A DNA stretch of 64,000 nucleotides from Octopus sinensis. Lineage: Eukaryota. Numbering within the stretch: position 1 is the first letter of the stretch; every line of letters starts with the position of its first letter. Position numbers and translations under genes: made by a program. Positions 58,620-64,000 of this stretch are shown in pieces. Under the pieces are notes generated by a model. That model was given only the letters and a program-made list of their open reading frames with translations, was not told the origin of the DNA and made no database searches. The stretch lies in the NCBI RefSeq assembly GCF_006345805.1, contig NC_042997.1, forward strand, positions 55,552,001 to 55,616,000, in the 5' to 3' direction.

Positions 58620-59650
58620 ACTTTTTGTTTGGGACCCTTGCAATTCAACGACATCCTCTAAGGCTTCTTAAAATCCTATATAAACTGCAAGGTATCTCTC
58701 CGAATTTAAACTAAACTTTCCGATTGGGAAAACTTGTGAAGTCGCGGATTAAGTCTGGTTACGTATTTTTACAAGCACCATTCAAAGTTGAGGGTTTCAT
58801 TTCGCCGTATGATGCACCTATATTAACCACAACATCCATTTAGTTGAACTTCTTTCAGATATCTCTAACTATAGGTTTGTACTCCCTGTCAATTGTTTTC
58901 ATAAGTTGTTTGAAAATCCGCAGAAAATAATGCTTTCTATCACAACTTGATAGAAGTTTTATTCTTAGGGATTTATTCTAACATTATCAGAAAGGTCATT
59001 TAAGTTCACTGGACTGTCTAAAAGGAGTAATGCTTTGTTGGAAATATTGTCAGGCACTCTTCTTTTCCACGGCATGACAAAAAATGTTTGTAAACAATTT
59101 TTCGAAACTCTATAAGTCATCAATGCCTTCTTATTTGAACTCCAAATGAGAAGTCGATTAAATTTTGCATAACCCTTGAACGCTCTTGGATTTTCCGGAC
59201 GATACACAAACTACTGGAGCTCTATTTCTAGTGGGTAATTTGGCCCTAGTAAGAACTTTTAAAGACTTCGGTTGTCTTTTATTTTTAATTATTTAGTAGG
59301 TTTTGAGAATCTTCTTCATTCGAGACCTGTTCATCGAAAAGGAATGTTCTGATTGAAGTTGTATGCTTCTGCATTTTTTGGAGTGTGTTGATGTATCATG
59401 GAACGTATTGAATGTATCAGACACGTTTCGTAGTTCTTGAGTGTCTACCGTTTTTGCACGTTCCATTCCGTTATTGATTAAAGTTACTGGGTATTGTCTT
59501 TTGAGTAATATACTTTTCTGTTCTGGAAGTTGTTTCTCCCGGGTTTCGAGATTGTATAAAATTATGCAAATTCTTCTTACTAAGCTAAAAGTTGTTTATT
59601 TTCGTATGTTTTAGATGGTTGGAAGAAAACAGCAGATATTGTTTTGAGCT
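58620..59650 (-). pseudogene. pogo/Tigger-family DDE transposase relic
   Basis: ENPRAFKG...WSSNKKALMT...NKALLLLDS, then KHYFLRIF...KKFN*MDVVVNIGASYGEMKPSTLNG. Confidence 0.85.
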
Positions 59651-59726
59651 TACTGGTTTGAAGATGCCCGTTTTAATGTTCGTATTGGTTTTTATTTTTA
59701 AGATGATAGAAAAGGGTAGTTATTTT

Positions 59727-61649
59727 GGTTAATATAGGGCGTAACAAATATCAGAAAATCAAAAAAAAAATGTGTGTAATAGGTGTAAAACAACTTCCTA
59801 TGAACGAATATGAAAAAAAAAATTCGCGCACGCGAAAGGGGGGTGGGGGAGAGGCCTCGGAAAATTCACATCGGGAAGTTCCGAAAGCGTCTGAGGAGCT
59901 GACCCGGGCACCAAAACAAAAAAAAATAGTGTAATATGTGTAAAATAACTTGCTCTAAACGAATATGACAAAAAAAATGCGCTCTCGCGAAAGAGGGGTG
60001 GGGGAGAGGCCTCGGAATATTTATATCGGGAATTTCCGAAAGCGTCTGAACCGGGCACAAAAACAAAAACAAAAAACAGCGTAATAGGTGTAAAACAACT
60101 TGCTCTAAACGACTATCATGAAAAAAATGCGCGCTCGCGAAAGGGGGGTGGGGGAGAGGCTTCGGAAATTTCACATCTTCAGTCCACGGCCTTTAAACTA
60201 AGAAAAAATAGTGTAATTGGTGTAAAACTACTTGTTCTAAACGAGTATCAAGAACACACACTCACACATGAATCATAAACTCCGTATTTCGCAAAAAAAA
60301 AAAAATAAAGAGAAGAAATTCTGGAAAAAGTGAAGAAATGTTGGATCTCATTCCTTGGTTAAAGCTATTTTAAACATTAAATTTATGCTTTTCTTTGAAA
60401 TAGTTCAGATATATGCAATTCTTCTCACTTATTAAGATGCATTATCAGAAAAAAAGAGACAGAAAAAATTATTATTTTGTGTCAATCCTTCCCTAATTAT
60501 CCTTTATTAATTAGTTTTGGCGTGTATTTTTTTCCCAAATTTATTTTTCACCTTTACAACACTGTTTAGTAAAGCAATTAATTATCTTTATAATTTGCAT
60601 ATTTGACTTATTAATCAAAATTCTCTAGATGTAATATATACTAAGTAATGCATCCTTCATTTATGTGTTCCGTTCTGTATTATGCATACGTGACTGTTTG
60701 TATGTAAGTGTGTTTAACTGTGCACATGAATGTGAATATTAAAGAACATATTTATTTACTATGATTGTTATTTTCAGAACAAATAAATCTTTTGGCTGTT
60801 ATGTATTGATGTTATTATTATTGCTAGTTAAAGGGTGGTGACTTGGCTGAATATTTTGAGTCTTGTAGTATGTAGTTGTGTTAGTCAATATTCTGAGTTC
60901 AAATCCAACTCATTTCTTATCATCATTATCGATGGACCACTCAAAGAGGTATGTATACATTATCATTTTCGTAACATAATTTCTGTAGTATTTCAAGATG
61001 TTTCTGACACGTATTTTGATTCACATGGCGGAGATCCAACATTTCTTCACTTTTTCCAGAATTTCTTCTCTTTATTTTTTTTTTTGCGAAATACGGAGTT
61101 TATGATTCATGTGTGAGTGTGTGTTCTTGATACTCGTTTAGAACAAGTAGTTTTACACCAATTACACTATTTTTTCTTAGTTTAAAGGCCGTAGACTGAA
61201 GATGTGAAATTTCCGAAGCCTCTCCCCCACCCTTTCGCGAGCGCGCATTTTTTTTCATGATAGTCGTTTAGAGCAAGTTGTTTTACACCTATTACGCTGT
61301 TTTTGTTTTTGTTTTTGTGCCCGGTTCAGACGCTTTCGGAAATTCCCGATATAAATATTCCGAGGCCTCTCCCCCACCCCTCTTTCTCGAGAGCGCATTT
61401 GTCTTTTCATATTCGTTTAGAGCAAGTTGTTTTACACATATTACACTATTTTTTTTTTGTTTTGGTGCCCGGGTCAGCCCCTCAGACGCTTTCGGAACTT
61501 CCCGATGTGAATTTTCCGAGGCCTCTCCCCCACCCCCCTTTCGCGTGCGCGAATTCTTTTTTTCATATTCGTTCATAGGAAGTTGTTTTACACCTATTAC
61601 ACACATTTTTTTTTTGATTTTCTGATATTTGTTACGCCCTATATTAACC
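59727..61649. mobile_element. Foldback/MULE-like element with ~620-bp internally repetitive TIRs
   Basis: 59727-60349 is the reverse complement of 61031-61649; each arm has 2-3 subrepeats of ~115-125 bp; flanks GTTATTTT / GTTAATTTT resemble an imperfect 8-9-bp TSD. Confidence 0.88.
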
Positions 61650-61854
61650 GTTAATTTTACGGTATGCAATAGTAAAATGGATACAATGTTTTATGTTACT
61701 AATTAAAATGTTAAACTCAGAGGTAATCATCCAGACTGTATCTAAGGGATGAAACATTGGTCTTTTTCATAATAGGTCAAGTCACAAAATAGAGATACTG
61801 CACTGTAATATTCTGAGTTCATAATTACATGCTCCTTTAATATGCGTGTGTGTG

Positions 61855-61960
<106 letters not shown>

Positions 61961-62081
61961 CATATGTGTGTGTGTATGTATTTTGATTTGATTTTTCCAG
62001 TTTCAGCTATTGAGCTGTGGCCATGCTGAGGCACCATGTATGTATATATATGTATATTCATATATATATATATGTATATAT

Positions 62082-62138
<57 letters not shown>

Positions 62139-62224
62139 AGTCTTAAGATTATTAACAATTTCCCATTCATTCCATTTGGTATTTGATTAAGGAAAATCGT
62201 CAACGAAGTCACATAATTGTGTGA

Positions 62225-62261
<37 letters not shown>

Positions 62262-62419
62262 GTATAGATACAAGTATATGTGTGTGTGTGCATTGACGTG
62301 TATAAGTCTATATTTACATATATAGATATTATATATATATATATATATATATATAGATAGATATATATATATGTGTGTGTGTATGTATGTATGTATGTAA
62401 TGTATGTATGTATGTATAT

Positions 62420-62558
62420 AGTGTCCCAATCGCTATATATGGTCCCAGGTTTAGTGCCACTGCGTCGCACCTTGAACAAGAATCTTCGACTATAGCCTCG
62501 GGCCGACCAAGACTTTGTGAGTCGATTTGGTAAACGGAAACTGATAGAAGCTCGTCGT
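62420..62558 (+). mobile_element. Decayed SINE family 1 head
   Basis: CCACTGCGTCGCACCTTG...CTATAGCCTCGGGCCGACCAA...GGAAACTGATAGAAGC. Confidence 0.75.
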
Positions 62559-62639
62559 ATCTATCTTTCTATCTCTCTCTCCCCTTTCTCTGTATGTTTA
62601 TATATATATATAATGTTCGCGTGTGCGTGTGTGTCTGTA

Positions 62640-62976
62640 ATGTGGCATTCTGTCGGTTACTCATGAAATTAATGTGCACGTGGCTGAGCACTCCCGAGAT
62701 ACGTGAAGCCTTAACGTATTTCTCGGAGAGATTCAGCGTGACTCAGAGTGTGACAAGGCTGGACCTTTGAAATACAGGTACAACATAAACAGGAAGAAAG
62801 AGTGGGAGAAAGTTGTGGTGAAAGAGGACAGCAAGGTTCACCCCCACCTCCCCTGCCTCGTGGAGTGTTAGGTGTATTAGCTCAATAAAAACTCACAACG
62901 CCCGGTCTGGGAATCGAAACCGCGATCCAACGACCGCGATTCCGCTGCCCTAACCACTGGGCCATTGCACTGCCAC
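62640..62976 (-). mobile_element. tRNA-derived SINE family 3
   Basis: Minus-strand head with A-box-like TGGCCCAGTGG and B-box-like GGTTTCGATTCC; body matches 1-180. Confidence 0.8.
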
Positions 62977-63141
62977 ATATATATGTGTGTGTGCGCGTGT
63001 GTGTGTGTATTATATATATATATATGTGTGTGTGTATATATATATATTAAAATTAATCAAAGGATATACTAAGTATCTCTACCTGCTGGAAATAACAGTC
63101 AAAACTCATTTAAATCGTCAAAATACACTGATTATAACTAT

Positions 63142-63494
63142 AGATATCAACCATCCAATGACAAACGGGCTAAGACAATTTGGACACACGTGGACCGGTT
63201 TCTGTACTAGCAAACAGCCTCAGCTTCCTCAGCACGTGTTACCATGATAGAGACCCCGGACCCATCGTGTTGAGGTCTGCATTGCAACTGATTCGACTTG
63301 CACCGAACGAAGCAAAACGAATCAGTTGCAGAACAGACTTCAACTTGTCTGGCTGGTGGGATCTCTATCGTGGTAACATCTGCTGAGGAACCTGAAGTTA
63401 TTGTCAGTGCAGAAACTGGTTCACGTGAGTTCAAATACTTGAATGTATGTTGGGAGATTGTCTTAGTCCGTTTGTCTTCGGATGGTTGATTTCT
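63142..63494. mobile_element. ~350-bp diverged foldback (hairpin MITE)
   Basis: ATCAACCATCCAATGACAAACGGGCTAAGACAAT pairs with ATTGTCTTAGTCCGTTTGTCTTCGGATGGTTGAT; inner TGCAACTGATTCG / CGAATCAGTTGCA around a ~22-nt loop. Confidence 0.8.
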
Positions 63495-63792
63495 GTAATA
63501 AGAATTTTGACCGCTATTTCCAGCAAGTAAACATACTTAGTATGTCCTTTGATTTATTTTTGGCGGGGGGGGGGCTGCAATCGCCTATATTATTGATTCT
63601 GTTATCATTTTTAAATCATTACACTAGATAATAACAGAGTCAATGGTAACTTCGCAAATTATTTGCTTCGTATTTTATATATATATATATATTATATTAA
63701 ATTAGAGACAAAACCACTATTATGCAAATCAAACAAAGAAAGACTTAAGCTAATACATAAAACAATTTATATAAATTAAATTTAATTAAAAT

Positions 63793-63846
63793 AACCACTA
63801 CGATCGTTTCGTGTTAGCACTTCTACGAGACATTCTTCAGGTGGTT
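63793..63846 (-). ncRNA. Type I hammerhead ribozyme motif in a probable PLE pseudo-LTR
   Basis: AACCAC-CUGAAGA-AUGU...ACAC-GAAAC-GAUC-GUA-GUGGUU: perfect 6-bp stem I, palindromic stem III ACGAUCGU, first stem II pair mismatched. Confidence 0.75.
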
Positions 63847-64000
63847 TCAAAACCTAAAATATAATCAATATTTTTAAGATATAAATAATCAATATAATCT
63901 AAATAAAAATTTACTTATAATAAACTCTATTATTAAATATGATTATATCGCAATCGACTATAATGTTAAATATTAACTTTAATTTATAAGGTAGAAAATC

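Noticed and set aside
62895-62976. tRNA gene
   Set aside because: A and B boxes are present but it continues into a repeat body shared with 1-238, so it is a SINE head.

Overview
AT-rich, repeat-saturated eukaryotic DNA with no recognisable intact host gene. The SINE types and the very large (TA)n/(TACA)n/(TATC)n tracts suggest a coleoid cephalopod, probably Octopus (inference from recall, not a search). Most long ORFs in the track are translated microsatellites. The window holds three tRNA-derived SINE families, at least three lineages of Penelope-like elements (PLEs, one near-complete RT plus GIY-YIG copy at 49750-52690), R4/Dong-type LINE relics, mariner and pogo relics, several MITEs and a 1.9-kb Foldback-like element. 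The most interesting signal is RNA structure: about ten hammerhead ribozyme (HHR) motifs of several sequence types. The best case is a non-coding, near-identical ~530-bp tandem array with an internal inversion (2301-4005). It has one type I HHR per unit, so a full 530-nt monomer lies between two predicted cleavage sites, which is retrozyme-like. A back-to-back palindromic double HHR sits at 23735-23850. Weak traces of decayed host-like coding sequence (paralogous signal-peptide-like starts, a Thr-rich plus Cys-rich segment, a GPCR-like fragment) are reported at low confidence. All folds and alignments were read by eye.
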